Positions 37,661-48,016 of a stretch of DNA of 52,859 nucleotides are shown piece after piece. The notes beneath the pieces are model-generated. The model was not told the DNA's origin. It searched no databases and saw only the letters and a list, made by a program, of their open reading frames with translations. This DNA comes from a virus (lineage: Duplodnaviria; Heunggongvirae; Uroviricota; Caudoviricetes): the IMG/VR virus record IMGVR_UViG_2909303794_000004; one strand, 5' to 3'. The position numbers and the translations under genes are program-made. Position 1 is the stretch's first letter. Every line of letters begins with the position of its first letter.

Positions 37661-40600
37661 TTTGGGGATTGATGCGGCAGAGTTTAAAAATGAAATTCCC
37701 CGTATCAAAAACCTTCTGAATGGTGCAGCCAGCGATGCAGAACGGTCTTCTGCCCGTATGCAGCGTTTTATGGAGCGTCAGACTCAGGCCGCCCGGCAGA
37801 CAATGCAGGCGGCTTCTTCGGCTGCAACAGCCGCATCCGTCCATGCGCAGACGGTGGAGAAGAGCGCACAGGCTCATGAACGCATGGCCCGCGAGGTGGA
37901 GCAAACCCGCCAGCGTATGGAGGCACTGAGCCAGAAAATGCGCGAGGAACAGGCGCAGGCCATGGCTCTGGCGGAGGCTCAGGATAAAGCGGCTGCCGCG
38001 TTTTATCGTCAGATTGACAGTGTGAAACAAGCCAGTGCGGGGCTGCAGGAATTACAGCGTATTCAGCAGCAGATCCGACAGGCCAGAAACAGTGGCGGGA
38101 TTGGTCAGCAGGATTATCTGGCGCTGATTTCTGAGGTTGCTGCGAAAACCCGTGTTCTTACGCAGGCTGAGGCAGAGGCTACCCGACAGAAAGTGGCGTT
38201 TATCCGTCAGCTTAAAGAGCAGGCAACCCGCCAGAATCTTTCTTCTTCTGAGTTGCTTCGTGCTAAGGCTGCCCAGCTGGGGGTAAGCAGTGCTGCAGAA
38301 GTGTATATCCGCAAAATGGAGCAGGCAGGAAAAGCCACGCATTCGCTGGGTCTGAAAAGTGCAGCGGCCCGCCAGGAGATAGGCGTTCTGATAGGTGAAC
38401 TGGCTCGCGGCAATTTAGGTGCGCTGAGGGGATCCGGGATAACGCTGGCTAACCGTGCCGGATGGATAGACACACTGATGTCACCGAAAGGCATGATGCT
38501 GGGCGGGGTTATTGGCGGTATTGCCGCGGCCGTCTATGGTCTGGGTAAAGCCTGGTATGATGGTCAGAAGGAGGGGGAAGAATTTAACCGCCAGTTGTCG
38601 CTGACGGGGCATTATGCCGGAGTCACTGCCGGGCAGCTGTGGACGCTCAGTCGTGCTATTTCCGGGAATGGTATTACGCAACATGCTGCAGCCGGTGCGC
38701 TGGCTCAGGTGGTGGGGAGTGGTGCATTTCGTGGAAACGATATCGGTATGGTGGCGAGAGCTGCCGCACAGATGGAGCGATCGGTTGGCCAGTCGGTCAG
38801 CGATACCATAAATCAGTTTAAGCGGCTGAAGGATGATCCTGTAAATGCCGCGAAGGCTCTGGACAATGAGCTGCATTTTCTTACTGCCACTCAGCTTGAA
38901 CAGATACGCGTCCTTGGGGAACAGGGGCGGTCCAGTGATGCGGCACGGATAGCCATGTCTGCACTGGCGGAGGAAACCGGTCGGCGTACTGCGGATATTG
39001 ATAATAACCTCAATGCGCTGGGTAGTACGCTGCAAACCTTGTCTGACTGGTGGAAGCAGTTCTGGGATGCGGCCATGAATATTGGTCGTGAAGATTCGCT
39101 GGATGCGCAGATTGCCACTTTGCAGGAGAAAGTGTCGCGGGCGAAAAGACTCCCCTGGACGGCATCATCTTCTCAGGTTGAATACGATCAGCAGCGTCTT
39201 AACGATCTTCAGGAGAAAAAACGCCAGAAGGATTTGCAGGATGCAAAAGAGCAGGCAGAGCGGAATTATCAGGAGCAACAGAAACGCCGTAATGCTGAAA
39301 ATGCTGCACTGAACCGGATGAATGAAACGGAAGCAGCACGACATCAGCGTGAAATTGCGCGTATTAATGCCATGCAGTACGCCGATCAGGCTGTCAGGGA
39401 TGCGGCGATACAACGTGAAAATGAACGTTACGAGAAAGCCCAGGCATCCGGTAAGAAAAAAACACGCGAAACCCGTAATGATGAGGCCACCCGGTTATTG
39501 CTGCAGTACAGTCAGCAACAGGCACAGGTGGAAGGACAGATTGCTGCTGCCAGACAGTCAGCAGGCATTGCCACGGAAAGGATGACAGAAGCGCATAAAC
39601 AGCTTCTGGCTCTGCAGCAGCGCATCAGCGACCTGGACGGGAAAAAACTGACGGCAGATGAAAAGTGTGTGCTGGCCCGTAAAGATGAACTGATTCAGGC
39701 ACTGACGCTACTGGATGTAAAACAGCAGGAGCTTCAGAAACAGACGGCACTCAACGATCTGAAGAAAAAAACAATTCAGCTGACCAGTCAACTGGCTGAA
39801 GAAGAGCGCGCTCAGCGTCAGCAACATGACCTGGATATCGCCACGGTGGGTATGGGTGATCAGCAGCGACAGCGATATCAGGTACAACTGAGTCTTCGCC
39901 AGAAATACCAGCAACAGCTGGAGCAGTTGAGGCGGGATAGTGAGCAGAAAGGGACATATAACACGGATGACTACAGAAAGGCCGAGCAGGCGCTGACGGA
40001 GAGCCTGAACCGACAACTGAATGAGAATCGCCGTTACTGGCAACAGCTTGAAGTTGTGCAGGGTAACTGGAAAAACGGTGCCATGCGGGCGTTTCAGAAT
40101 TTTACGGCAGATGCGGATAATGCGGCAGGAACTGCTGAACAAATGTTTACATCGGCATTCAGCAGTGCGAGCGACGGGCTGGCGACATTCTGTACCACTG
40201 GCAAACTCAATTTCAAATCCTTCACCTCTTCTCTGTTGTCTGATATGGCAAAAATTATGGCACAGATGGCTATGATGCAGGCGGTAAAGGGCGTCGGTTC
40301 TTTATTCGGCATCACGGCTAATGCTGATGGCGGTGTTTATCAGTCGGCTGATTTGAGTCGCTACAGTGGCACGGTGGTTAACCGTCCGACGTTTTTTGCT
40401 TTTGCAAAAGGCGCGGGTGTGATGGGGGAAGCTGGACCTGAAGCCATTCTGCCACTGCGTCGTGGTGCTGACGGTAAGCTGGGGGTTGTGGCGGATATTG
40501 GGGGTTCAGGTATGGCGAGGTTTTCCCCGCAGTACAACATCGAGATCAATAACGATGGCACGAACGGGCAGATAGGTCCGGCTGCCCTGAAGGCGGTTTA

Positions 40601-40682
40601 TGACCTCGGGAAAAAAGCGGCAGCGGACTTTATGCAACAGCAGGCCCGTGATGGTGGTCGGTTAAGTGGAGCATATCGGTAA
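37632..40682 (+). CDS. H: tail tape-measure protein gpH-like
   Basis: about 1016 aa, long coiled-coil Q/A/R-rich sequence; between G-T and M. Confidence 0.9.
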   Translation: MDQIANLVIDLGIDAAEFKNEIPRIKNLLNGAASDAERSSARMQRFMERQTQAARQTMQAASSAATAASVHAQTVEKSAQAHERMAREVEQTRQRMEALSQKMREEQAQAMALAEAQDKAAAAFYRQIDSVKQASAGLQELQRIQQQIRQARNSGGIGQQDYLALISEVAAKTRVLTQAEAEATRQKVAFIRQLKEQATRQNLSSSELLRAKAAQLGVSSAAEVYIRKMEQAGKATHSLGLKSAAARQEIGVLIGELARGNLGALRGSGITLANRAGWIDTLMSPKGMMLGGVIGGIAAAVYGLGKAWYDGQKEGEEFNRQLSLTGHYAGVTAGQLWTLSRAISGNGITQHAAAGALAQVVGSGAFRGNDIGMVARAAAQMERSVGQSVSDTINQFKRLKDDPVNAAKALDNELHFLTATQLEQIRVLGEQGRSSDAARIAMSALAEETGRRTADIDNNLNALGSTLQTLSDWWKQFWDAAMNIGREDSLDAQIATLQEKVSRAKRLPWTASSSQVEYDQQRLNDLQEKKRQKDLQDAKEQAERNYQEQQKRRNAENAALNRMNETEAARHQREIARINAMQYADQAVRDAAIQRENERYEKAQASGKKKTRETRNDEATRLLLQYSQQQAQVEGQIAAARQSAGIATERMTEAHKQLLALQQRISDLDGKKLTADEKCVLARKDELIQALTLLDVKQQELQKQTALNDLKKKTIQLTSQLAEEERAQRQQHDLDIATVGMGDQQRQRYQVQLSLRQKYQQQLEQLRRDSEQKGTYNTDDYRKAEQALTESLNRQLNENRRYWQQLEVVQGNWKNGAMRAFQNFTADADNAAGTAEQMFTSAFSSASDGLATFCTTGKLNFKSFTSSLLSDMAKIMAQMAMMQAVKGVGSLFGITANADGGVYQSADLSRYSGTVVNRPTFFAFAKGAGVMGEAGPEAILPLRRGADGKLGVVADIGGSGMARFSPQYNIEINNDGTNGQIGPAALKAVYDLGKKAAADFMQQQARDGGRLSGAYR

Positions 40683-41011
40683 TGGAGACGTTTCACTGGA
40701 AAGTGCGCCCGGATATGAATGTGGTATCAGAGCCGAAAGTGGTGACAGTGAAGCTGGGCGATGGTTATGAACAGCGTCGTGCGGCGGGACTGAATAACCA
40801 GTTGTCGACTTACAGCGTGACGATACGTGTTCGTAAATGTGAACACCCATCTTTAAAAGCCTTTCTGGAACGGCACGGTGGCGTCCGCGCATTTCAGTGG
40901 ACGCCACCTTATGACTGGAAGCCGATCAGGGTGGTTTGTCGTAAATGGTCGGCAAGCGTGGGGGCGCTGTGGGTAACCATAACGGCAGATTTTGAACAGG
41001 TCGTGGCATAG
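40682..41011 (+). CDS. M: minor tail protein gpM-like (109 aa)
   Basis: METFHWKVRPDMNV…GDGYEQRRAAGLN…TYSVT… resembles lambda M; same length. Confidence 0.9.
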   Translation: METFHWKVRPDMNVVSEPKVVTVKLGDGYEQRRAAGLNNQLSTYSVTIRVRKCEHPSLKAFLERHGGVRAFQWTPPYDWKPIRVVCRKWSASVGALWVTITADFEQVVA

Positions 41012-41020
41012 GAGGCTCTG

Positions 41021-41719
41021 ATGCAGGATATTCCACAGGAAACACATCATGAGACGACACGCCTCACTCAGTCAGCCCAGGTGGTGCTCTGGGAAATCGA
41101 TCTGACAGAGGTCGGTGGTGAACGTTATTTTTTCTGTAATGAGCAGAACGAAAAAGGTGAGCCGGTTACCTGGCAGGGGCGGCAGTATCAGGCATACCCC
41201 ATTCAGGGGACGGGATTTGAACTGAACGGCAAGGGCAGTGCTGCCCGTCCGACACTGACGGTTTCTAACCTGCACGGCATGGTCACGGGGATGGCGGAAG
41301 ACCTGCAGAGTCTGGTCGGCGGAACGGTGGTCAGGCGTAAGGTTTACGCCCGTTTTCTGGATGCGGTGAACTTCGTCAACGGAAACAGCGACGCCGATCC
41401 GGAGCAGGAGGTGATCAGCCGCTGGCGCATCGAGCAGTGCAGCGAACTGAGTGCGGTCAGTGCCTCCTTTGTGTTGTCCACACCGACGGAAACGGACGGC
41501 GCTGTTTTTCCGGGGCGCATCATGCTGGCCAACACCTGCACCTGGACCTATCGCGGTGATGAGTGCGGTTATAGCGGTCCGGCTGTCGCGGATGAATATG
41601 ACCAGCCGACGTCCGATATCACGAAAGATAAATGCAGCAAATGCCTGAGTGGCTGTAAGTTTCGCAATAACGTCGGCAACTTTGGCGGCTTCCTTTCCAT
41701 TAACAAACTTTCGCAGTAA
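41021..41719 (+). CDS. L: minor tail protein gpL-like (232 aa)
   Basis: size, position and C-terminal cysteine cluster (CSKCLSGC) as in lambda L. Confidence 0.9.
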   Translation: MQDIPQETHHETTRLTQSAQVVLWEIDLTEVGGERYFFCNEQNEKGEPVTWQGRQYQAYPIQGTGFELNGKGSAARPTLTVSNLHGMVTGMAEDLQSLVGGTVVRRKVYARFLDAVNFVNGNSDADPEQEVISRWRIEQCSELSAVSASFVLSTPTETDGAVFPGRIMLANTCTWTYRGDECGYSGPAVADEYDQPTSDITKDKCSKCLSGCKFRNNVGNFGGFLSINKLSQ

Positions 41720-41724
41720 ATCCC

Positions 41725-42468
41725 ATGACAGAGACAGAATCAGCGATTCTGGCGCACGCCCGGCGATGTGCGCCAGCGGAGTCGTGTGGCTTCGTGGTGA
41801 GAACGCCGGAAGGGGAAAGATATTTTCCCTGCGTGAATATCTCCGGTGAGCCGGAGGCGTATTTCCGGATGTCGCCGGATGACTGGCTGCAGGCAACACT
41901 GCACGGTGAGATTGTGGCGCTGGTCCACAGTCACCCCGGTGGTCTGCCCTGTCTGAGTGAAGCCGACCGGCGGCTGCAGGTGCAGAGTGATTTGCCGTGG
42001 TGGCTGGTCTGCCGGGGGGCGATTCACAAGTTCCGCTGTGTGCCGCATCTCACCGGGCGGCGCTTTGAGCACGGGGTGACGGACTGTTACACACTGTTCC
42101 GGGATGCTTACCATCTGGCGGGAATTGAGATGCCTGATTTTCATCGTGAGGATGACTGGTGGCGTCACGGTCAGAATCTCTATCTGGATAATCTGGAGGC
42201 AACGGGGCTGTATCAGGTTCCGTTGTCAGCGGCGCAGCCGGGCGATGTGCTGCTGTGCTGTTTTGGTTCATCGGTGCCGAATCATGCCGCCATTTACTGT
42301 GGTGACGGCGAGCTGCTGCACCATATTCCTGAACAACTGAGCAAACGAGAGAGGTATACCGACAAATGGCAGCGACGCACACACTCCCTCTGGCGTCACC
42401 GGGCATGGCACGCATCTGCCTTTACGGGGATTTGCAACGATTTGGCCGCCGCATCGACCTTCGTGTGA
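41725..42468 (+). CDS. K: tail assembly protein gpK-like (JAMM/MPN plus NlpC/P60 domains)
   Basis: HSHP metalloprotease-like motif and a C-terminal Cys/His peptidase-like region. Confidence 0.85.
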   Translation: MTETESAILAHARRCAPAESCGFVVRTPEGERYFPCVNISGEPEAYFRMSPDDWLQATLHGEIVALVHSHPGGLPCLSEADRRLQVQSDLPWWLVCRGAIHKFRCVPHLTGRRFEHGVTDCYTLFRDAYHLAGIEMPDFHREDDWWRHGQNLYLDNLEATGLYQVPLSAAQPGDVLLCCFGSSVPNHAAIYCGDGELLHHIPEQLSKRERYTDKWQRRTHSLWRHRAWHASAFTGICNDLAAASTFV

Positions 42469-43037
42469 AAACGGGTGCCGAAGCCATCCGGGCGCTGGCC
42501 ACACAGCTCCCGGCGTTTCGTCAGAAACTGAGCGACGGCTGGTATCAGGTACGGATTTCCGGGCGGGACGTCAGCACGTCCGGATTGACGGCGCAGTTAC
42601 ATGAGGTTCTGCCTGACGGCGCTGTGATTCATATTGTTCCCAGAGTCGCCGGGGCCAAGTCAGGTGGCGTATTCCAGATTGTCCTGGGGGCTGCCGCCAT
42701 TGCCGGATCATTCTTTACCGCCGGAGCCACCCTTGCAGCATGGGGGGCAGCCATTGGGGCCGGTGGTATGACCGGCATCCTGTTTTCTCTCGGTGCCAGT
42801 ATGGTGCTCGGTGGTGTGGCGCAGATGCTGGCACCGAAAGCCAGAACTCCCCGTACACAGACAACGGATAACGGTAAGCAGAACACCTATTTCTCCTCAC
42901 TGGATAACATGGTTGCCCAGGGCAATGTTCTGCCTGTTCTGTACGGGGAAATGCGCGTGGGGTCACGCGTGGTTTCTCAGGAGATCAGCACGGCAGACGA
43001 AGGGGACGGTGGTCAGGTTGTGGTGATTGGTCGCTGA
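42366..43037 (+). CDS. I: tail assembly protein gpI-like (223 aa)
   Basis: MAATHTLPLASPGMARICLYGDLQRFGRRIDLRVKTG… resembles lambda I; overlaps K. Confidence 0.85.
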   Translation: MAATHTLPLASPGMARICLYGDLQRFGRRIDLRVKTGAEAIRALATQLPAFRQKLSDGWYQVRISGRDVSTSGLTAQLHEVLPDGAVIHIVPRVAGAKSGGVFQIVLGAAAIAGSFFTAGATLAAWGAAIGAGGMTGILFSLGASMVLGGVAQMLAPKARTPRTQTTDNGKQNTYFSSLDNMVAQGNVLPVLYGEMRVGSRVVSQEISTADEGDGGQVVVIGR

Positions 43038-43054
43038 TGCAAAATGTTTTATGT

Positions 43055-43082
43055 GAAACCGCCTGCGGGCGGTTTTGTCATT
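43055..43082 (+). terminator. intrinsic terminator-like hairpin between I and J
   Basis: AAACCGCCTGCGGGCGGTTTTGTCATTT. Confidence 0.5.
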
Positions 43083-43097
43083 TATGGAGCGTGAGGA

Positions 43098-46000
43098 ATG
43101 GGTAAAGGAAGCAGTAAGGGGCATACCCCGCGCGAAGCGAAGGACAACCTGAAGTCCACGCAGTTGCTGAGTGTGATCGATGCCATCAGCGAAGGGCCGG
43201 TTGAAGGTCCGGTGGATGGATTAAAAAGCGTGCTGCTGAACAGTACGCCGGTGCTGGACACTGAGGGGAATACCAACATCTCCGGTGTCACGGTGGTGTT
43301 CCGTGCCGGTGAGCAGGAGCAGACACCGCCGGAGGGGTTTGAATCCTCCGGCTCCGAGACGGTGCTGGGTACGGAAGTGAAATATGACACGCCGATCACC
43401 CGCACCATTACGTCTGCAAACATCGACCGTCTGCGCTTTACCTTCGGTGTACAGGCACTGGTGGAAACCACCTCAAAGGGTGACAGGAATCCGTCGGAAG
43501 TCCGTCTGCTGGTTCAGATACAACGTAACGGTGGCTGGGTGACGGAAAAAGACATCACCATTAAGGGCAAAACCACCTCGCAGTATCTGGCCTCGGTGGT
43601 GGTGGATAACCTGCCGCCGCGCCCGTTTAATATCCGGATGCGCAGGATGACGCCGGACAGCACCACAGACCAGCTGCAGAACAAAACGCTCTGGTCGTCA
43701 TACACCGAAATTATCGATGTGAAACAGTGCTACCCGAACACGGCACTGGTCGGCGTGCAGGTGGATTCGGAGCAGTTCGGCAGCCAGCAGGTGAGCCGTA
43801 ATTATCATCTGCGCGGGCGCATTCTGCAGGTGCCGTCGAACTATAACCCGCAGACGCGGCAATACAGCGGTATCTGGGACGGAACGTTTAAGCCAGCATA
43901 CAGCAACAACATGGCCTGGTGTCTGTGGGATATGCTGACCCATCCGCGCTACGGCATGGGGAAACGTCTTGGTGCGGCGGATGTGGACAAATGGGCGCTG
44001 TATGTCATCGGCCAGCATTGCGATCAGTCGGTGCCGGACGGTTTTGGCGGCACGGAGCCGCGCATCACCTGTAATGCGTACCTGACCACACAGCGCAAGG
44101 CGTGGGATGTGCTCAGTGATTTCTGCTCTGCGATGCGCTGTATGCCGGTATGGAACGGGCAGACGCTGACGTTCGTGCAGGACCGACCGTCGGATAAGGT
44201 GTGGACCTATAACCGCAGTAATGTGGTGATGCCGGATGATGGTGCGCCGTTCCGCTACAGCTTCAGCGCCCTGAAGGACCGCCATAATGCCGTTGAGGTG
44301 AACTGGATTGACCCGAATAACGGCTGGGAGACGGCGACAGAGCTTGTGGAGGACACGCAGGCCATTGCCCGTTACGGTCGTAACGTCACGAAGATGGATG
44401 CTTTTGGCTGTACCAGCCGGGGGCAGGCACACCGCGCCGGGCTGTGGCTGATTAAAACAGAACTGCTGGAAACGCAGACCGTGGATTTCAGCGTCGGCGC
44501 AGAAGGGCTTCGCCATGTACCGGGCGATGTCATTGAAATCTGCGATGATGACTATGCCGGTATCCGCACCGGCGGGCGCGTGCTGGCGGTAAACAGCCAG
44601 ACCCGGACGCTGACGCTCGACCGTGAAATCACGCTGCCATCCTCCGGTACCACGCTGATAAGCCTGGTTGACGGAAGTGGCAATCCGGTCAGCGTGGAGG
44701 TTCAGTCCGTCACCGACGGCGTGAAGGTGAAAGTGAGCCGTGTTCCTGACGGCGTTGCTGAATACAGCGTGTGGGGGCTGAAGCTGCCGACGCTGCGCCA
44801 GCGCCTGTTCCGCTGCGTGAGTATCCGTGAGAACGACGACGGCACGTATGCCATCACCGCCGTGCAGCATGTACCGGAAAAAGAGGCCATCGTGGATAAC
44901 GGGGCGCACTTTGACGGCGACCAGAGCGGCACGGTGAATGGTGTCACGCCGCCAGCGGTGCAGCACCTGACTGCCGAAGTCACCGCAGACAGCGGGGAAT
45001 ATCAGGTGCTGGCGCGCTGGGACACGCCGAAGGTGGTGAAGGGGGTGAGCTTTATGCTTCGCCTGACCGTGGCAGCGGATGACGGCAGTGAGCGGCTGGT
45101 CAGCACGGCCCGGACGACGGAAACCACATACCGCTTCACGCAACTGGCGCTGGGACGGTACACGCTGACAGTCCGGGCGGTAAATGCGTGGGGACAGCAG
45201 GGCGATCCGGCGTCGGTATCGTTCAGGATTGCCGCACCGGTAGCACCGTCGCGGATTGAGCTGACGCCGGGCTATTTTCAGATAACTGCCACGCCGCATC
45301 TTGCGGTTTATGATCCGACGGTACAGTTTGAGTTCTGGTTCTCGGAAACGCGGATTACCGATATCAGGCAGGTTGAAACCACAGCCCGCTACCTTGGCGC
45401 GGGGCTGTACTGGATAGCCGCCAGTATCAATATCAAACCGGGCCATGATTATTACTTTTATATCCGCAGTGTGAACACCGTTGGCAAATCGGCATTCGTG
45501 GAGGCCGTCGGTCGGGCGAGCGATGATGCGGAAGGTTACCTGGATTTTTTCAAAGGCAAGATAACCGAATCCCATCTCGGTAAAGAGCTGCTGGAAAAAG
45601 TTGATCTGACGGAGGATAACGCCAGCAGACTGGATGAGTTTTCGAAAGAGTGGAAGGACGCTAACGATAAATGGAATGCCATGTGGGGCGTCAAAATTGA
45701 GCAGACCAAAGACGGCAAACATTATGTCGCGGGTATTGGCCTCAGCATGGAGGACACGGAGGAAGGCAAGCTGAGCCAGTTTCTGATTGCCGCTAACCGT
45801 ATCGCGTTTATTGACCCGGCAAACGGGAATGAAACGCCGATGTTTGTGGCGCAGGGCAACCAGATATTCATGAACGACGTGTTCCTGAAGCGCCTGACAG
45901 CCCCCACCATTACCAGCGGTGGCAGTCCTCCGGTATTTTCCCTGACATCAGACGGAAAGCTGACCGCTAAAAATGCGGATATCAGTGGCAGTGTGAATGC

Positions 46001-46395
46001 GAACTCAGGAACGCTCAACAATGTCACGATTAACCAGAACTGTACGATTAAGGGCATGCTGGAGGCGACCCAGGTCAGAGGGGATTTCGTTAAAGCTGTA
46101 TCAAAAGCCTTCCCGAAAAAAGTCGGTACGTGGGGTAACACGGAAACACCAAACGGGACGGTTACAGTCACCATCAGCGATGATCATAACTTTGACCGCC
46201 AGATTATTATTCCGCCCATTATTTTTAACGGTATAGCGTATGACGATCCGGGGAGCGGAAATAACCCAGGAGGCACGCGATACACGGGTTATGGTTTTGA
46301 AGTTCGCAAAAACGGCGTATTAATCGCATCCAGAGAAACTAAAGGGGCCATTCCCGGTAGTTACAGTGCAGTTATTGATATGCCTAGTGGTGGTG
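43098..46395 (+). pseudogene. J: tail tip/host-specificity protein gpJ-like, 5' part (1099 codons), interrupted by IS1
   Basis: lambda J-like N-terminus ([29 protein letters not shown]…); frame runs into the IS1 left end and meets a stop inside it at 46398-46400. Confidence 0.85.
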
Positions 46396-46450
46396 GGTGA
46401 TGCTGCCAACTTACTGATTTAGTGTATGATGGTGTTTTTGAGGTGCTCCA

Positions 46451-46726
46451 GTGGCTTCTGTTTCTATCAGCTGTCCCTCCTGTTCAGCTACTGACGGGGT
46501 GGTGCGTAACGGCAAAAGCACCGCCGGACATCAGCGCTATCTCTGCTCTCACTGCCGTAAAACATGGCAACTGCAGTTCACTTACACCGCTTCTCAACCC
46601 GGTACGCACCAGAAAATCATTGATATGGCCATGAATGGCGTTGGATGCCGGGCAACAGCCCGCATTATGGGCGTTGGCCTCAACACGATTTTACGTCACT
46701 TAAAAAACTCAGGCCGCAGTCGGTAA
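46451..46726 (+). CDS. insA: IS1 InsA
   Basis: [43 protein letters not shown]… matches remembered InsA. Confidence 0.95.
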
Positions 46727-47148
46727 CCTCGCGCATACAGCCGGGCAGTGACGTCATCGTCTGCGCGGAAATGGACGAACAGTGGGGCTATGTCGGGGCT
46801 AAATCGTGCCAGCGCTGGCTGTTTTACGCGTATGACAGGCTCCGGAAGACGGTTGTTGCGCACGTATTCGGTGAACGCACGATGGCGACGCTGGGGCGTC
46901 TTATGAGCCTGCTGTCACCCTTTGACGTGGTGATATGGATGACGGATGGCTGGCCGCTGTATGAATCCCGCCTGAAGGGAAAGCTGCACGTAATCAGCAA
47001 GCGATATACGCAGCGAATTGAGCGGCATAACCTGAATCTGAGGCAGCACCTGGCACGGCTGGGACGGAAGTCGCTGTCGTTCTCAAAATCGGTGGAGCTG
47101 CATGACAAAGTCATCGGGCATTATCTGAACATAAAACACTATCAATAA
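46645..47148 (+). CDS. insB: IS1 InsB frame (expressed as InsAB' by -1 frameshift)
   Basis: 167-aa ORF in the -1 frame overlapping insA. Confidence 0.9.
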
Positions 47149-47172
47149 GTTGGAGTCATTACCGTGGTGGTG

Positions 47173-47288
47173 GTAGCGTCACTCTGGAGTTTAAGATTTT
47201 CCAGAAAGGCAATCAGGGGGCAGGCAATATCACCGACTGTACGGTGATTGTGACCAAAAAAGCGGCTTCCGGCATCAGTATTCGTTGA
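47173..47288 (+). pseudogene. J: gpJ 3' fragment (last 37 codons) downstream of IS1
   Basis: in frame with 43098-46395 after removing IS1 and one duplication copy (…SVTLEFKIFQKGNQGAGNITDCTVIVTKKAASGISIR). Confidence 0.7.
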
Positions 47289-47358
47289 AATATTTATAAC
47301 CCCAATAAATGGCGTCAGGAATGACGCCTTTTTTATTGCAGAAAAGCGAGAGGTAATT

Positions 47359-47958
47359 ATGCGTAAAGTTTGTGCAGCCATTTTGTCCGCAGCCATTTGT
47401 CTGGCCGTATCCGGTGCGCCTGCATGGGCGTCTGAACATCAGTCCACGCTGAGCGCGGGGTATCTTCATGCCCGGACCAACGTTCCCGGCAGTGATGATC
47501 TGAACGGGATTAACGTGAAATATCGTTATGAGTTTACGGATACGCTGGGGCTGGTGACGTCATTCAGCTATGCAGGAGACAAGAATCGCCAGCTGACCCG
47601 TTACAGCGATACCCGCTGGCATGAAGATTCCGTGCGTAACCGCTGGTTCAGCGTGATGGCGGGGCCGTCTGTGCGCGTGAATGAATGGTTCAGCGCGTAT
47701 GCGATGGCGGGTGTGGCTTACAGCCGTGTGTCGACTTTTTCCGGGGATTATATCCGCGTAACTGACAATAAGGGGAAAACGCACGATGTGCTGACCGGAA
47801 GTGATGACGGTCGCCACAGCAACACGTCTCTGGCGTGGGGGACTGGCGTGCAGTTTAACCCGACCGAGTCCGTGGCCATTGATGTCGCTTATGAAGGTTC
47901 CGGCAGTGGCGACTGGCGCACTGACGGTTTCATCGTGGGTGTCGGTTATAAGTTCTGA
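47359..47958 (+). CDS. lom: Lom outer-membrane protein (Ail/Lom family)
   Basis: 199-aa ORF with signal peptide and beta-barrel-like alternating pattern ending in a C-terminal aromatic residue (…GVGYKF); lambda lom position after J. Confidence 0.85.
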   Translation: MRKVCAAILSAAICLAVSGAPAWASEHQSTLSAGYLHARTNVPGSDDLNGINVKYRYEFTDTLGLVTSFSYAGDKNRQLTRYSDTRWHEDSVRNRWFSVMAGPSVRVNEWFSAYAMAGVAYSRVSTFSGDYIRVTDNKGKTHDVLTGSDDGRHSNTSLAWGTGVQFNPTESVAIDVAYEGSGSGDWRTDGFIVGVGYKF

Positions 47959-47983
47959 TTAGCCAGGTAACACAGTGTTATGA

Positions 47984-48013
47984 CAGCCCGCCGTTTCAGG
48001 CGGGCTTTTTTGT
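47984..48013 (+). terminator. intrinsic terminator after lom
   Basis: CAGCCCGCCGTTTCAGGCGGGCTTTTTT. Confidence 0.7.
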
Positions 48014-48016
48014 GGG

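Larger units (their letters stand above)
46396..47163 (+). mobile_element. IS1 (768 bp) with 9-bp target duplication GTGGTGGTG
   Basis: ends GGTGATGCTGCCAACTTACTGAT…GGAGTCATTACC read directly; duplication at 46387-46395 and 47164-47172. Confidence 0.95.

Noticed and set aside
41072-41899. 275-aa minus-strand ORF overlapping L and K
   Set aside because: Antisense to two tail genes with lambda similarity; no ribosome-binding site; composition not protein-like.
43698-45722. 674-aa ORF on the minus strand inside gene J
   Set aside because: Fully antisense to a gene with clear lambda J similarity; open frame explained by GC-rich codon usage of the sense strand; no start signal.
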